The position numbers and the translations under genes are program-made. From assembly GCA_039621445.1 (NCBI GenBank), contig CP154954.1:25494954-25558953 (forward strand): DNA of 64,000 nt, in the 5' to 3' direction. Below are positions 13,571-28,201 of this stretch, in pieces. The notes below the pieces were generated by a model that had not been told where the DNA came from, made no database searches, and saw only the letters and a program-made list of their open reading frames with translations. Each line of letters opens with the position of its first letter. Positions within the stretch are counted from its first letter, which is position 1. The DNA comes from Euglena gracilis. Its lineage: Eukaryota.

Positions 13571-14992
13571 TTTGGAAAATAATCTAACTCTCCAATAGGG
13601 ATTTCAGGGGCATTCCGGTTCATCTCTCACTCAAGTTAAAGAAACTCCAATGAGAGTTTATTAATAAAAAAAATTAATAAACTCTTTTATAGTTCCTATT
13701 TTTGTTCACTATGACATCCACCATTCTGACACCATGAAACGCACTGGTCCAGCAGGGTGTATGGGGTTCTTGTTTTGTGAATTAAAGCAAAGGCGTGACA
13801 GCAGTGCCAGATTTCGAAAATCATGGAACCATTTCCCAACGATGTTCCGTGCTCCGGCAAGTTGTTTCAAACATCTATTATCGGCCATCACCTCTCAAAA
13901 TATTAGTTCTGCCCTTAAAGTTATGAGCTGGCATTTTCCGGGGTTGGCAACCTTCCATCCAAGTGGTCTCACAGCCAGGGTATTAAGTGAAGGGAGAGGG
14001 GAGAATGGGGTCAGACCCCCCAGGGTGGGTCCAGACCCCTCCTCCCCACCTGGACCCCTCTGGGGACCAGATCCCCATGAAAAATCTAAGGCGCTTTACA
14101 CCGTAGTGACGGCGTAAACTGACTTTTTGACCCGTTTTTGACACAAAATACATGGGTTTCAGGCCCAAAACAGGGAGCTGGGGGGTCGAAAATTGCTCAT
14201 CTTCGGCTCAAAAATAATTTTTACGGGTTCAGGAGGCCCAGATACATTGTTTGGGGCAAAAAAAATCGATTTTTTCGACTTTTTTTGACCCAGAAATGGC
14301 CCAAAATCCTTGGGGCCCGGGGTCGAAAACCGCTTTTCGGCTCGAAAACAGTGTTTCCCAGTCAGGCTGTATTTTAGTTGGGTGCCGACCCCACCCCAGG
14401 GACGTTTTCTCGAGATATTTTCGAAAAAATCGATTTTTTGACCGAAAATCACCTCGGTGAAATGGTCGGAAGGGGGGCGGGCCAATCCTACCCAGTTTGG
14501 GCCCCTTTGCGGCTGAATGACTCGGGCCTCGCAGGGAGTTGGGGGTCAAATGGAGGTGATTTGGAAACTCGACATCCAGTCACTCGCGACTGGAAAAAAA
14601 ATAACAGGAATGGAGTCGGGGTCATGGTGATTATCCGCCGTTCCTGAAGTCGCCTCGGGACGGGGGGTTCGACCCCCCCCTTTGCCCAGGGGTAAGCTTC
14701 GCTCTTACCCATAAAGGTATAAGAGTTCTTAGACCCCACACTTAAGTGTGGGAGCTCCACTTTGTACCATGTGTGGGCCAACGACTACCCCAATCGCTGC
14801 CTCCCACCCGACTTTGGAACTGAGAAACTCGGGGTTTCCGATGCAGTGCCTCCCAGGGGCTCTGTGTCAGCGTTGCACGTGTGTTCTGGTTGGAGTGCCC
14901 TCCCTCCTCGGTACCCGGGCGATCGTGTCTGCACATGTGGCTCGCCGGACACAAGGTGCGACCCCCTCCGGGGCCCCAACCCAGCCCTAACC

Positions 14993-15385
14993 CAGGGTTC
15001 GATATAAGGAGGGCGTACATGGTTTAGGTGGGGGGGGTGTCCCCCCCCCCCTCCTGGCCCGCAGGGGGGGTCCGGACCACCCCCCCCCCCACCTGCAAGG
15101 GGGGTCCGGACCGACCCTGGGGGGGGTACTCGGGACCCCCCCCAAAAAGGGTCAATTTTTTCCTCCGGCGCTTCGCGCCGAAATTTTTTTGCATTTTTGG
15201 CCAATTTTTGCCCAAAAAGTGCCCAAAATGGCACTTTTGGTCGATTTGGGGGGTCAAAAATTTTCGGTCACCCTGACCGCACCACTGTTTAGGTGGGGGG
15301 GGGGGTCCCCCCCCCCCCCCCCCCTCCTGGCCCACAGGGGGGGGTCCGGACCACCCCCCCCCTCCTCTCCTTATATCGAACCCTG
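14993..15385. mobile_element. hAT-like MITE, family A (TIR CAGGGTTCGATATAAGGA)
   Basis: Perfect TIR of at least 18 bp and perfect 8-bp TSD CCCTAACC (14985-14992, 15386-15393). Contains a GGCGCTTCGCGCC hairpin. Confidence 0.9.
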
Positions 15386-18297
15386 CCCTAACCTCCCCAC
15401 CATCTGCGCTGGCCTGCCCTGCCAACCGCATGCCTCCCCCTGCAGTCCTCTTCAGTCTTCAGTGTGGTCTTCATCCTCAGAGATGAAGGAAGACCGGCTT
15501 GGAAAGCACACATTTCTTCAAGGTTTGCAGACCCCGATTTGGTACACCCCAGCCGCAACAGTACCCTCCTGGGGGAGGGGTTGCTGCTGGCCCATAAATC
15601 CAGCTCTTTGGGGGTCCAGCTGGTCTTGTTTTGCAAAAGTGTAGGTCAAAAATCGCCATAAAAATGGTGTTCTGGGAGTTTTTGATGATGTCACGTGCTT
15701 GATTATTTTTTTTGAAAAAATGTTTGGTGGCTGCTTTTTTGTACCATTCTGGCTTCTTGCCCAAGCCCAGCAACCCTCCCCCCCGGGGCCTTGCGGACAT
15801 GAATGGTGGGTACCCCCGCATCGCAGGACCGTGAGCCAACCATGTGCTCCGCCCTCCTCTCCCACCTCTCCTCGTCTGCTGGGCCTCGGCATTCCCCTCA
15901 ATATATCTAAACCGAGGCGGCAAGTGTATAACCCCCTTATACCCAGGGCTGAACGAAACCCCAGAAGCCCATAGGTGGAGGGGACAGACTATTGTTCAAC
16001 GTGTATTGTGAAAAAGTGTAATATGTGTTTCAGCACAAAAATATTTGTGTATCAATTGTGTATCACCAGAAAAGGTGTGTCACATGTCACCGAAAAGGCA
16101 TTGTTTATTTTATGGGTCCACAAAAAGAATGCAAAGAAGAATAGTCACTGAAGTTGAACACATCGAGACAATTTTCTTCGGTGTGATTCCCCAATTTGTG
16201 TTCCTAATTTTCCTCTAACGCAAACCTTCCATAGCCTTGATCATTTGATCAATTTGTGGCATGAGGGATTGTGTTCCTCCCCGGTCTGCCGCAACAGCAA
16301 GGCCAGATTCCCCGTTCCAACCCCTCCCAAAGAAAGGCCGCACAACCCCCCCCCCCCCGATCCAATTGAACAGAAAAAACAAAGTAAGGCCCTCACATTT
16401 GAAACCGTTTCTGGTATAAGCAGGTGTTTCCCTCCCCTCCCTGCCCCATCGTGGTGGACCGACCGGACCGGACCCCCCCCCCTCCTGAACCGGAGGTGGG
16501 GTGCGGACTGACCCTGGGGGGGGGGGGGGGCAAGGCACCCCCCAATATCAATTTTTTCTCTTCGACACTGACCACCAAAAATTTTGGGCATGTGGTACAT
16601 TTTTGCCCCAAAAAAGCTGACACGTTTGGCTGATCTTGGGGGGGGGGGATTTTTCGGCTTGGTGATTTGCGCCAGGCTGAAATTTGGCCACCTGGACTGC
16701 GCCACTGAGGGGGCATGTAAACCCAACCCTGAGCTGTCGAACATCCCTGCATTGATGTCTGGGGGGGGGGGGGCTCACCCCCCCTTTTTTTTATCTGGGA
16801 GCACGGAGCCTTGCGTTGCAGCTTCCTTTTGTCCATGCGGCATTGCCGTTCTTCCCCCTGTCGACCTCCCTCTGCCCCAGTACACGCCATTCAGCTCTGC
16901 CGATACTTCCGGTGGCAAAGCAAAGCGGCACGGTCGGGTTGGATTTTCCCGGCCCCCGTCATCTGCCGGTGACTGGGATTCCCCAAATCGTGTGGCATGG
17001 AGGGAGAAAACCGTGGTGCTGTTCTGGGAATGACGAGGAAGTGTGATGCGCAGTTTTGCCCTGCCAGCCGAAAATGTCAACGAATGCTACATATGACGGA
17101 TTTTGTGTGTGTGTTTTTGTTTTTTTTATAAAAAAAAATGCCGTGACCCCTCATTTTTTTGGTGTTTTGTTCTGCTTCACATCCAATTCAGAGGCCGCTA
17201 TTGCCCTCCACCCAAAGGTTGGTTGTTTCCCTGCTTTACCTTCAACCATTGCCCGGGACAAACCCCTGTGTGCCCTGGGGGAGGTATTTATCATTGAGTC
17301 ATTTTTTATGCAGTATTGTGTGAGATTGTGTGACATTGATGGAAGTGAGTGGTAAATACGAGGGAAATGGGACATACCGGCGAGGAAGAAGGGCCAAAGG
17401 ATAGTCCAGTAACCGGACCCTGCCAGGGTATTTGGCAGGGGTCATTTCAGTGAAGAGGTCGGTGCATTTGCGCTTTTCCATTTCTGGGAGTATATTTTGC
17501 TGTTTGTGTATTTCTTGAAACCGGTGTTTTCAAATCTGTGCAAAGGCCTTTGATGCCCCCCGGCCACATTGGCGACTCTTTCTTGGCTTTAATTTGTCCA
17601 AGAATCCCGGCCAACGCTTCCATATCAGAGCCCAGCCATAACCCTTTCGGTGCACTGCACCCCTTCGGTAACAGTGCTCCTGTATTTTACGGTTTACGGA
17701 CGGCGTTCTTCCTGCTGCGTGCCTCCTCGTGGCAGCGTATCCTCCTCATCTGGTTAGCCCACCCCTGTCCGCACATTTCCCATGTCAAGCACATTTCGGC
17801 AAGATCGTTATTTTTTGGGAAAGCTCTGCAGAAACTTTATAATTGCCTTTGGGAAGCAGATTACTGATCCTGTTTGTCATGCCCACCGCATTCAATGCCA
17901 TTTCTCTCAAATTTAATTTTTTGGCCAAATTTGATTTTTTGGCCAAATTTGATTTTTTTTGGCTCCACGCATGGCCCAAATTTCGCCAAGGTGTGAAGCA
18001 TAGTTGTAGGATCTTGACCCCCAAATTGTATTTCTCAGAAGTTAGATCAAAAATCTTCCGTCGGGCATCTCACATTTTCAATCGTTGTGCAGCTGTTCAG
18101 ATGTGATGTCTGAGCTGTTCCCAATCCCAATTACGATAAAACCTGGCGGATGTATTTACCTCCCTTACACAAGGCACACCAAGTCATTGACACGTCAACA
18201 GCAAAAAGCTTGGACATCACCCCCCCCCCCATATCTAACGAACCTCCCTTTGTCTAACGGCCAACCCCCCTACAGTCGGAGGACACAATTTCGGAGG

Positions 18298-18598
18298 CAG
18301 GCTGTTTTTTTTAAGGTGGTGCCGACCCCACCCCGGGGGGGGGGGGGGGTGCCTGCTTGGGCAGGTACTCCAAGGCACAAAAATCCGACCCATTTGGAGG
18401 GGGGGGGGTAGGGCACACGGCCAAAAGTGCCCTAGCACAACCCTGGCGCCGGGAAGCCCAAAATGGCCTATTTTCAAAGGAATGTGCCTGGGCACAGGCC
18501 GAAATCCAACCCCCGGGGGGGGGGGGGGGTAGTGCCTGCCTGGGCAGGCACTCATAGGCACTCCGGACCCCCCGGGGTTGTTAAAAAAAAAAGGCCTG
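18298..18598. mobile_element. hAT-like MITE, family B (CAGGCTGTTTTTT...AAAAAGGCCTG)
   Basis: Imperfect TIR with a perfect 8-bp TSD TTCGGAGG on both sides. Related pieces lie at ~7410-7485 and 14363-14400. Confidence 0.85.
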
Positions 18599-21500
18599 TT
18601 CGGAGGTTTGGCCATATTTTTGCCTTGGCAGTTCAAAGGGCTGAAAATTTTCGCTCCCCAAAATCAGCTCAAAAATGCCAATTTGAACATTTCCGGAGCA
18701 AAAATTTGTCAAATATGCCAACAATTTCTGGCACAAAGTGTCGAAAGAACCCCCCCAAGTTTGCGGATTTTTTAAACCCCTGATGACCGACCCCCCAGTC
18801 GGAGGACACCTTTTTGGTCAGAGCCCTGTGTCCAACGACCCCCCCAGGACAGAAGGCAGAGATAACCGGTCGTTGGAGGGGGTACCGTGTCTTGGACAAT
18901 GGGGGGGAGCAGTTGGCAGGCAGAAACGCAGGCGCGAGCCAGCAGAGTTTATGGAGCACATGGTTTTTAGAATGGCCGCAAGAAAGGGGGTTCTTCAGAA
19001 AGGGGGTTTACTGGACGGAGAAGGTGATCGCCGTGAGGCCGCAGGTGTTCGGCGGCGGGAAGCGGACTGGGCCTCCCCATGTCTCCCAGTGCTCTCACCT
19101 GTCTGGGTTTCCCGGCCGGACGAAGCCATCCCGCCTCCGTCCGTTCCTGCCGTGTCGGCCCAGGGGGTCGGGACCCCCGAACGGCCGACCCCGTCCACCG
19201 CTGTTCGGCAAACCTCGGCCCCAGTCCCCCCCCCGAACCCCCGTCCCCGTCGCGCACTGCGCCTCCCCCCCTCCTTGCAAGTCAAGGCTGGCCCCATCGC
19301 GGGTCCGATCGTCCCCAGAGCCGGGCGCGGCCGCCTGTAGAACCCCGGGGGCTGGCCGTCCCCTCCCCAGGCGGGGTGGGCTGCCCGGGGGAGGCATTGG
19401 CACCTCCCGGCCCACGGGACCCGCCAGCCCAGATAGCGGAGCCAACTCAACCCCGCCCAACTGTCGGCGGACCTCAAACCGACGCTGCTGCGGGGAACCC
19501 ACGCCCAAGGGGCTACTGAACGTCAAGGAAGGTATCAAGGGAAAGAATCAACCAAATGAAAGACCAGGCGCAGTGCCGTTTTTTTCCAGTTGAGGTGTGT
19601 TTGCTTTTTGATCATTGCTTCAAGGGACATGCATGTTTCCTTCAGGGTGTGCCTGCCCCTCCTTTTGGAACCAGGCAATCAATCCCTCAGTCATTGGCCG
19701 ACCCCACCTCACCACCCAACCCAAGTGGTGATTGGTTTCTTCAGATTGACTGACTGTTTTTTGTTCTAAACCCCCCTCCCTCCCTGCCCGAATGCACCGG
19801 AATTTTGAGGAGGGGGTATTTTCTTCATATTTTGCAGTCAGATTTCCGTGTATCGCAGAGTTTCCGACCCCAGGGACTTCAGATTGATGGGTTTTTCAGA
19901 AAGAGTGACTCGCTGCTTTTTGGAAGTGTGGAAGTACCACTGGAACAAAACGTTTTCGTTGGCCACTCAGTCTAACATTAAGCACCCAATCAGTAATTGC
20001 AATGAAATCCAAATGTAAGCTACCCTTTGCTGAAATCCAGCATACTGGGGACACCCTTTTTCTTTCCCTGTTGAATTCCAGGCCATCAAATTGGGACTGC
20101 AAGACACCCCTGCATGACAAACACTGCGTTTGGGGGATTTTTGAATGAGGAACGCACGGAGGAAGGGCATTTCATTTGGTTTTTCGACTTGTGGATGGTG
20201 CAGGTGGGCAAATCAGGTCCCATCTGCTGGGTTGGACAAGACCGTGTCCGATACCCCTTTCCAGGCGACCAGTGTCCCCCAAAAAGCGATCTTTGCTTAT
20301 TCCCGGAAGGGTCACCTGTTTTATCAAACCGGTAGAGAAGGAATGGAAGGGTTTTGCGCATTTTGTAGGAGCTCCAAAGGAACCGAACATTTTCAATTTT
20401 CGAGCGCGATGGTCGGAAGTCACACCAAACACCAAGCGGCAAGTGGTGGGTGGGTCCCATCGCCTCTCGGAAAAACGTTGGACACCCTTTGGAAGTGGCC
20501 CGCCATCATTTAGCCGCCCCAATTTGACTGACCCTCGCAAACTCCGGGGTGTCCTTCTTTGAGGAAGACTTCGACTGGCCAACTCCATCAGCCGACCGCC
20601 GACGATGGCAACTTGTTGTGCCTACTGTGGAAAGGGGTGGCTGAAATGGGTCCCCGGTTTTTGTTGGCCCCCCCCTCGAGGACACAAAGCGAGGGGTTGC
20701 AGGTTTCTCATTGTTCAGGGACAACAAGGCAGCTCAGCTGCCAGAACCCTCACTTATCCTTGGCAATGCACAGGCACCAATGGCTCCCCCGTTCATGTTC
20801 CGCCGGTTCTCCGGTGCTCTACCCCCGTTCGCTCTTCTCATCCTCCCAGCGCCACGCCATCCCATCCCCCACCGACTGATCCCTACCGTCCAGCTGCCCA
20901 GCTCCGTGAGTACAATGGATGGCCCAAGGGAGGTCTCTGGCCCAACCTTGGTTGGCGGTAGCCTCATGATTTGGATGGGGTGGGGGGCACGGGTTTTCTG
21001 AAGCTGGAGGAGACCATGCCACAGGGGGCAGGGGGGGGGGGCAGCCACACCAACCACACAAGGTGAGTGTATGTCCCTACAGCGCTGGAATTACACCAGA
21101 GTTGCTCACCCGGCCAGGCAGAGTAACAAAAGAGCACTGGTGTCAGGGGTACCTGGCCACTCACCACACAGCAAACTGGGCCAGAAGCGAAGTTAGCGCC
21201 ATAAACAGACAAGAAGACTTAGTGCAACGAAGGGGGGGGGGGGCAGCCAGCCAGAACATGCTTTCCAGCCAGCACCTTCCAGCCGGCCCATGGAACGAAC
21301 CCCTTTGACCCATTTAAGAAAACCCCTGGTGAGGGAGTTGCAGACACTGCAGAGCGCAGGGCGAGAAAGTGGGATGGTTCCGCTTTCCCATGGACTGGTC
21401 ATTCTTTTTTTGGTACACGTGGAGGTGTGACGCAGGTTTGCCCCCCCATACAAAACATGCAAAATGTGCCCCCCCAAGGTCGGGCCTTTCAAGCCTGTAC

Positions 21501-24500
21501 CTTTGTGGTCGACCGACCTCAGCTGGCAGAGGCCATTTGGCTCCTCCCAAAGACACTCACACCTGAGGGGGGCTTCTTCCCGGTTTACTTTCTAGTTTAC
21601 GAGCTTCTTTCATCAGCCTTGGTTCCTCAAAATTCAGGTATTGCCTTTAACTGGCGATCTCGGCCCCATCCGGGTTTTTTGAGGTTGGACCCCCGGGAGC
21701 AGGGTGTGTGGGTCAGCCAGCCCCCTCCTCTCCCCCCCAGTGTGTGTTTGTCCCGCCAGAGGCAGGGCCTTGGCCGGTTTTGGGGGGGGGGGGGCTTTCT
21801 ATCTTCGTGAAGCGACAAAATAAATCTGTCCTGAAATTGACCCGGTACCCCGGTCCCCCCAGGAGGATAGAGGTCATATATCAAGAATGACTGGTTTTTG
21901 GCTAGCACCCATAGGGCTCCAGACCCCTATGGGTGGTGGGTGGGGGGGTCGACCACCCCCCACCCCCACTCTGGTGGTAGGGGGGGGGGGGGGGTGACCG
22001 CCCCCCCCAGGCCTTCCCATATTTTCAGAGGTGCCAATTTTTGGTCAAAATTTGAGCGGGTGCCATGATGGGTAGGGGGGTTCGACCCACCCCTCTACCC
22101 CCCACGAGGCCTTTCTGTCCAGCCCTGGGAATGATTGAAAGTGGCCAACTGGCTCCGAAGGCATCGGAAATTTTTTGTGGTTTTTTCCAAAATCTATTGA
22201 TTTTTTCGGCCATTTTTGGGCGAGTGGCCAGAGTGACCGACCCCTCCCCCGGGTGCGGGGGAGGAGGTGGGTGACTGGTTTCCAAAAAAGTGACTGACTT
22301 GAAAGTGGAAAGTGACCAATGAAATGGTAGGGTCCCCCCCTTGGTAGGTGGGGACCCCCCCTCCCGGGGTCTGAAAAAATTCCCTGCCCCCATGCTTTTT
22401 TGCCTTTTTTTACGCTAATCCCACCGAAACCTTTGCTTATGTCAATTTGGATCACCCCAATATGGTTGCCCCCCCCCCAACTTTACATTTCATTGTGGCC
22501 CCGGCCAAGCACCCCGAGAGAGGTGACTCAACAACACAGGGTCCCGGATGTGGCAATCGCAGGATGGCGGGGGTTGGGGGAACTGGGTGGCTAAGGCAGC
22601 AACCCTTCTCATTGTGTTCCCAAACGCCTCCGATGGACCGCCAACCAAGTCGCCCAGAATTTGCACTGGTCCCTTCCTTGCACAACTTTTCACCTGCACC
22701 GCACTCGCTCGGCCGATTCACAGCCCACGCTGAGTTTTACGGTGTGGCCTTAAGAATTAAACCCTCCGGGGGGGGGGGTGCCTGACAGAACTCAGACCCC
22801 CCAGGGAGGTGGTTTCGGGCACCTGGCCAAGTGAGTGCACACAGGCACTCTTGGTAAGCCGAAGGCACCTGAAGGCCTGAAATGGTCCATTTTGGGGCAA
22901 ATTTCTGCCCACCATCAGACAGGCATTTCAGGGCACTCCGAGACCTTTGTCCCTTCAGAGCTGGTAAAGTTCAGCCTGGCACGGACATCCCACGCACACG
23001 CTACGCAACCGCACACTCGCATTCGCAAGAACACACCCCGCGCATATCGGTACTTTGCTGCTCGCCTTCCTTTTGTGATGCGGCTCACCAACAGAGCACC
23101 ACCAGCATCAGAACGAGGGGGCAATGGCCTTGTTGTTCGTAAATGGCAGGGCGGAAGTCTCCCCTTTTTGGGTGCATTTCTGTGTGTACCTTTTTTTTGT
23201 CAACCAAAGCCAGCGGCACGCGATGCCCCTCCTTTTTTGTTGAAAGTCATATGCCGGCCCCTTCCAAAAGATTCCTGCTAAATTGTGTTCGAGGTATTTA
23301 CCTCCCCCCCCCCCGGACGCTTGCCCCCCCCCCTCAAGATGGCTTTCGGCCTTAATTTGTGATACTGTGTGTGCCCCCTCAGCAAACCCGTTCCCAGAGC
23401 CACCCACCTTCTGCTTAACCCCCCAAATATAACCCCAGGGGGTCCGACTTTGGGATCCGACCTATAACCCCCCCCCAGACAACACCAGGGGCAAGCCTTT
23501 CTTAAGCATACGCAGTATCGCTTGGGGGGGGGTGGATTGTAGCCAGCCCGGATTTTGTGGGAATCTTAGTGGCCCCCCCGGGGGGGGAGGTTCGCTAGCA
23601 GGGCTAGCTAGTGGAAAATTCTTTTGCAATGACCAGCGGAAAAGGCAAAAAAAATTGGGACCCCATAAATGGCTTTTAAAAAAAGCCCATTTTTGGGCAT
23701 TTTGGGTTTTTTTGAAGAAAATCAGCCAAAAACCACATTAAAAACCTCATTTCCACTTCACTTTTTAAGGCGAGGGGGAACAGCATTTTTAATGCATTTC
23801 CCGGCGCGCAGTACCAGAAGAAATTTTCGCTGTTTTTTATTTTTGCCCCAAAATCCCAAAAATATTTCCGAGCTACAACCCCCCCCAAAAAATATGATCC
23901 CTCGGAGCCCTGGACTTCAGGTGTGAAAATAGCACCCCGGATGGTCGTAATTAGGGGGGGGGGGCTTACTTCCATCTTTTTTTCACCAAAATCCAAAAGA
24001 TGTTGTGGAGCTTTTGAAAGAAAACAATATAAATAAATATATGTTATTATTATTGTTTATAATATATTGAGAGATTTTTTTTTGAAGAAGGCAAAAATCC
24101 AGCCAGCCAGCATCAGCCAGCCAACCATCCATCCCTGACCTTCCCCCCTTGCCCAAGAGATGGAAATGTTCTAATGTCCTAATGTGCCATTGACACAGCG
24201 GCTGTGCCGCGTACCGGCTGGCCAACGTCGCCGTATTTCAGTGCAAAAAAACAACATCGGGAAATGTTCCGTTGACATGGGGCGTGCTGTGGGCCAAGTG
24301 GATGCAGCCCCCCCCCTTGGGGTCAAAAATGGGTGACTGGTTCTCTTTTGAAAATCAAAATTGACCCCCCGAGGTGAGAGGTTCTGGGGACATTGAAAGC
24401 CTCCCTCCTTGTCCAGGCAAAATGGCTCAAAATGAACGAATTTTGTGTATTTTCAAAAAATCGGCCTTTTTGGAACAGATGGGCCATTTTAACTGACTCC

Positions 24501-24647
24501 TGGACGACCCCCCCCCCAGGGGGTTGGGCCAAAAGCCAGTCAACGACCCCCCCCCCAAAGCCAGTCAACGACCCCCCCCAAAAAAAACAAAAGGCGAGCC
24601 ACCATTAAACGATATGGTATGACCCAGAAACACCTGCAATAGCTCAC

Positions 24648-24779
<132 letters not shown>

Positions 24780-26429
24780 GCTATTTTGAAGAATGGTTTC
24801 GGTCCAGCATGAGCTTAGCCCCACTTGCTCCACCGCCATCCCCCCCAGCCTGCCACTGCTGACATTCTTTTCGTCTTTACGCGCCCTGTGGCCCGCCACT
24901 ACCCCCAGGGTTCCACATATAGGGTGTCGAGAGCTTGGGTGGGTGGGGGTGTCCAGCACAATGCCCGACAATACCCTCCCATTTCCTGGACCACTGGATT
25001 TTTTTTTACGTCTTCTGAATGTGGGGTTCCGACAATCTCCGACAACTTCCAACAGTTTCTGAAAGGATCAGTGAGGAAATAGAGAACGACATTGTAACGA
25101 CAAGCAAAACAATCCCACTGAGGTAACTTTGCTCGAAAATGGGAATTATCTGCGTAGCAGGCTGCGGTGTTGGAGCAGAAAGAAGTTGGCCGGTGCTATC
25201 ATTTTGGTGGGTAGCCACCGAGCAGCCTTGCTCGGTTGCATTCTGCACCACGCGTTGTTCGCCTCGGAGCAAACCCCTCCGGATAATGTTTCCAGCATCC
25301 ACCTCTTGTGTTCGAGCCCACCCCCTCCTTTACCGGGAGGAGGTCCCACACTAGAAACCCTGGGCAAACCCCCAAGTTCATTCGCATTCAGGAGGGCGGT
25401 GCCCAAAATTGGCCCGGCCAACCATCCCACCCCACCCCACCCCTTCCTTGACCTCCCACCCCAATGTGGCCAATGTCAGACCCTGACTGCGCCCCGTCGC
25501 CCGGCCCAGGCCCCCCGCGCCTCGCTTTGCCTGCGCTGCGGTGTGGCGCCCGGGGGGGGGACTGAGGTGGTTGATCTCCCACGTGATAAGAGGTGCGCTG
25601 ATCTGCTTACGCGTGTGTGCAAATTACCCACGTTTCCCAGGTTTCCTTGGTTCCGGGTCCAAGTTTCTGAATTGCTGAACACCACCACCTTCTGTGATGA
25701 CCAAGAAATGGCCGAAAATGGCCGAAAATGGGCCAAAAGCAACAAAAGCGACCAAAAGCAGCCAACGTAGCCAAAAAGGGCCAAGATTGGCCAAAATGGC
25801 AGAAAACATCCAATAGTGGCCAAAGAATACCCACGTCGCCCTGCATCGCCCTGCATCGGCAGACATCGAAACCTGCCTTTGACCAGCAAAAACACTGCAC
25901 CCCTGGCCATTTTTGCCATTTTGGTCACATTTTTCATTTTGTTTATTTTTGCCTCTAACTCTTCGAAACAGAGCAGGAGAAAAAAAAAGTGGTCAAAAGC
26001 AGAATTTGACTTTTTTTGGTTGCGTACGGCCAGTTTTGGGCTGCTTTGGTGACTGTCGAAACAATAGCTGTGCGGAGCGCAAATGCCCCACGCCAATTGC
26101 TTGTTAATTTTGCGAGATCGGCCACCTGAGTGGGACGTATGTGTGGCTCGGCGGTGTTCCACAGCCCCCCGAATCTCCGCTGTCGGGCCTCCCCGTCCCC
26201 AGGGATTTCTTCCCAAAGGTGGACCATTCAAATTCCAGGGCTACACATCGGGCAATGACTTTGGGGGGACGCAAAAAACATCAGGTAAAGATTCAGTTCC
26301 CACGGCCGCCAACTCCAACTGAACCTCCACTTGCAAAGCTGGAACCCACCCCAGCCAGCTGGGATTCCCATAATTCCTTTTTTGTTTCAAATTGGGGCCG
26401 ACTACCCTTTTAATGACATTATTGGATGA

Positions 26430-27130
26430 GTTTATACATTCATAAGAGAAACATTTTGCAGCAAATTTGGCATGGCTTGGAAAGGTGGGACATGTGGACC
26501 TACAAAGAAATAATGCTCGGACCCTGGTTTTCGACCACTTTTCCGAATAGTGAGCCCCCCCCCTCAGTTTTCAACCAACGTTCCGAATAGTAGTCCCCGG
26601 GGGCTATAATTCAGGGGGGGGGGGCTTATTTCGTGTTGTTTTTTTTGAGCATTTTAACCCATTAACCATTTGAATCTGATTGATCCACGTACATACATGG
26701 TGCGCTTCTGAGGAATTAGCCAGACGACGACATAATTTTCAAAAGGAGGATGTTGAACGTCAGCATATCCTCCTGGATGGTTGATATGAGGATTTTTAGT
26801 GCATTAGTTGGTGGTTTTTTAGACGTGTGCCTCCCTGGAAGGCATTCAGCTCCTCCGTGTTGGGAATGGCAGGGTGACAGGACATGGCTTTCCCACATAT
26901 CTGGCACTGTTTTGTGCCGCAAAATTCGCATCCAGGCGAGTACGGCATCCGGGGCCAGGCATTCCAATGGGGGGGAGGCTCACTCAGCCTTCCCCCGATG
27001 ACGGAGTTTGTTACCATGGCCCACAAGTGAAATTTCAATCTGCTTTGCACCTGGGTCCAAGGGACAGAAGTCCCTGCCCCCTTCTCTATCCATATCCCTT
27101 CTCCGGTATAGGGCGTGGCACCTTCAGCAG
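26430..27130 (-). pseudogene. Decayed LINE RT N-terminal fragment
   Basis: RILRHKTVPDMW...NALKILISTI resembles the conserved P..W / KIL.S.I blocks of LINE RTs. Confidence 0.3.
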
Positions 27131-27499
27131 CTGATGGAGGGAGGGAGGGAGGGAGGTTTCAGTTTGGTTCAGTGTAGTTGCTGCTCATTGGCCCATTGTT
27201 ACCATCCCCTCCATCCGGAGGTCCCCAAAATAGCCAAAATTCTATGTTTTTTAAAAGAAAAATGTTTTGTTTGTTTTGTTTGTTTTTTCGTTTTGTTTCA
27301 AAAAAATGGTTTTCAGTTTTTGTGTTTTCGCGAGGCACAGCGGTACCTGACCCAGCCCCCCACCCAGACAGGGCTTGCCAGCCAGCCTAAAAAAAAGGCT
27401 GGAAATCTAAAGTATTTCCAGCCTTCCATTCATTTAAACCCTGCATGACCCAACCCTTGGGTATTAAGTGATTAAGTGAGCATTGGTTTGCGGGGGGGG

Positions 27500-28201
27500 C
27501 AGGGTTCGATATAAGGAGGGTGTACAGGGTTAAGGTGGGGGGTGTCCCCACCCCCCTCCCTCCTTCAAGGCTGGAGGGGGGCCCATACCCCCCCCCACCT
27601 GCCAAGGGGGGTCCAGACTGACTCGGGGGGGGGGGTACCCGGGATCCCCCCCAAAAAGGTCAAAATTTTCCTTCCGGCACGCCGGAAAATTTGTTGCATT
27701 TTTTGACAAATTTTTGCCCAAGAAGTGCCCAAAATGACGTTTTTGGATGTTTTGGGGGGTCAAAAAAAGTTCGGCCTGGAACTTTGTGCCGGGTCGAAAA
27801 TCAGTCACCCAGACCACGCCACTGATTAGGTGAGGAGGGATGCCCCCCACCCCCCCCCTCCTGGACCGCAGGGGGGGGGTGGTCCGACCCCCCACTTGCC
27901 CTGAGGGGGGGGGGGTCCGACCACCCCCACCCCCCCCCCGCAGGTCCAGACTTCCACCTGACCGAAGGGGTCGTCCAGACCCCCTGGGACCAGAAAATTT
28001 AATCTGGCGCTTCACTCCAGAAAAGATGACAGTTTTGGTGTAAGTTTCGGCCATTTTTTTCAAAATTGCTCACAAACGAAATTTTCGGGCCTTTTTCAAG
28101 TTTAAAAAGTTTTCTGGCACAAAGCGCCAGCAATTTTTGCACAGACGAGGGGGAGTCCAGACCCCACCCCCCGCTCCCCGCTCATTTAATTCCTATCCCT
28201 G
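27500..28201. mobile_element. Family A MITE copy (right end degenerate)
   Basis: Starts CAGGGTTCGATATAAGGAGGG, and the interior resembles 14993-15385. Confidence 0.7.
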
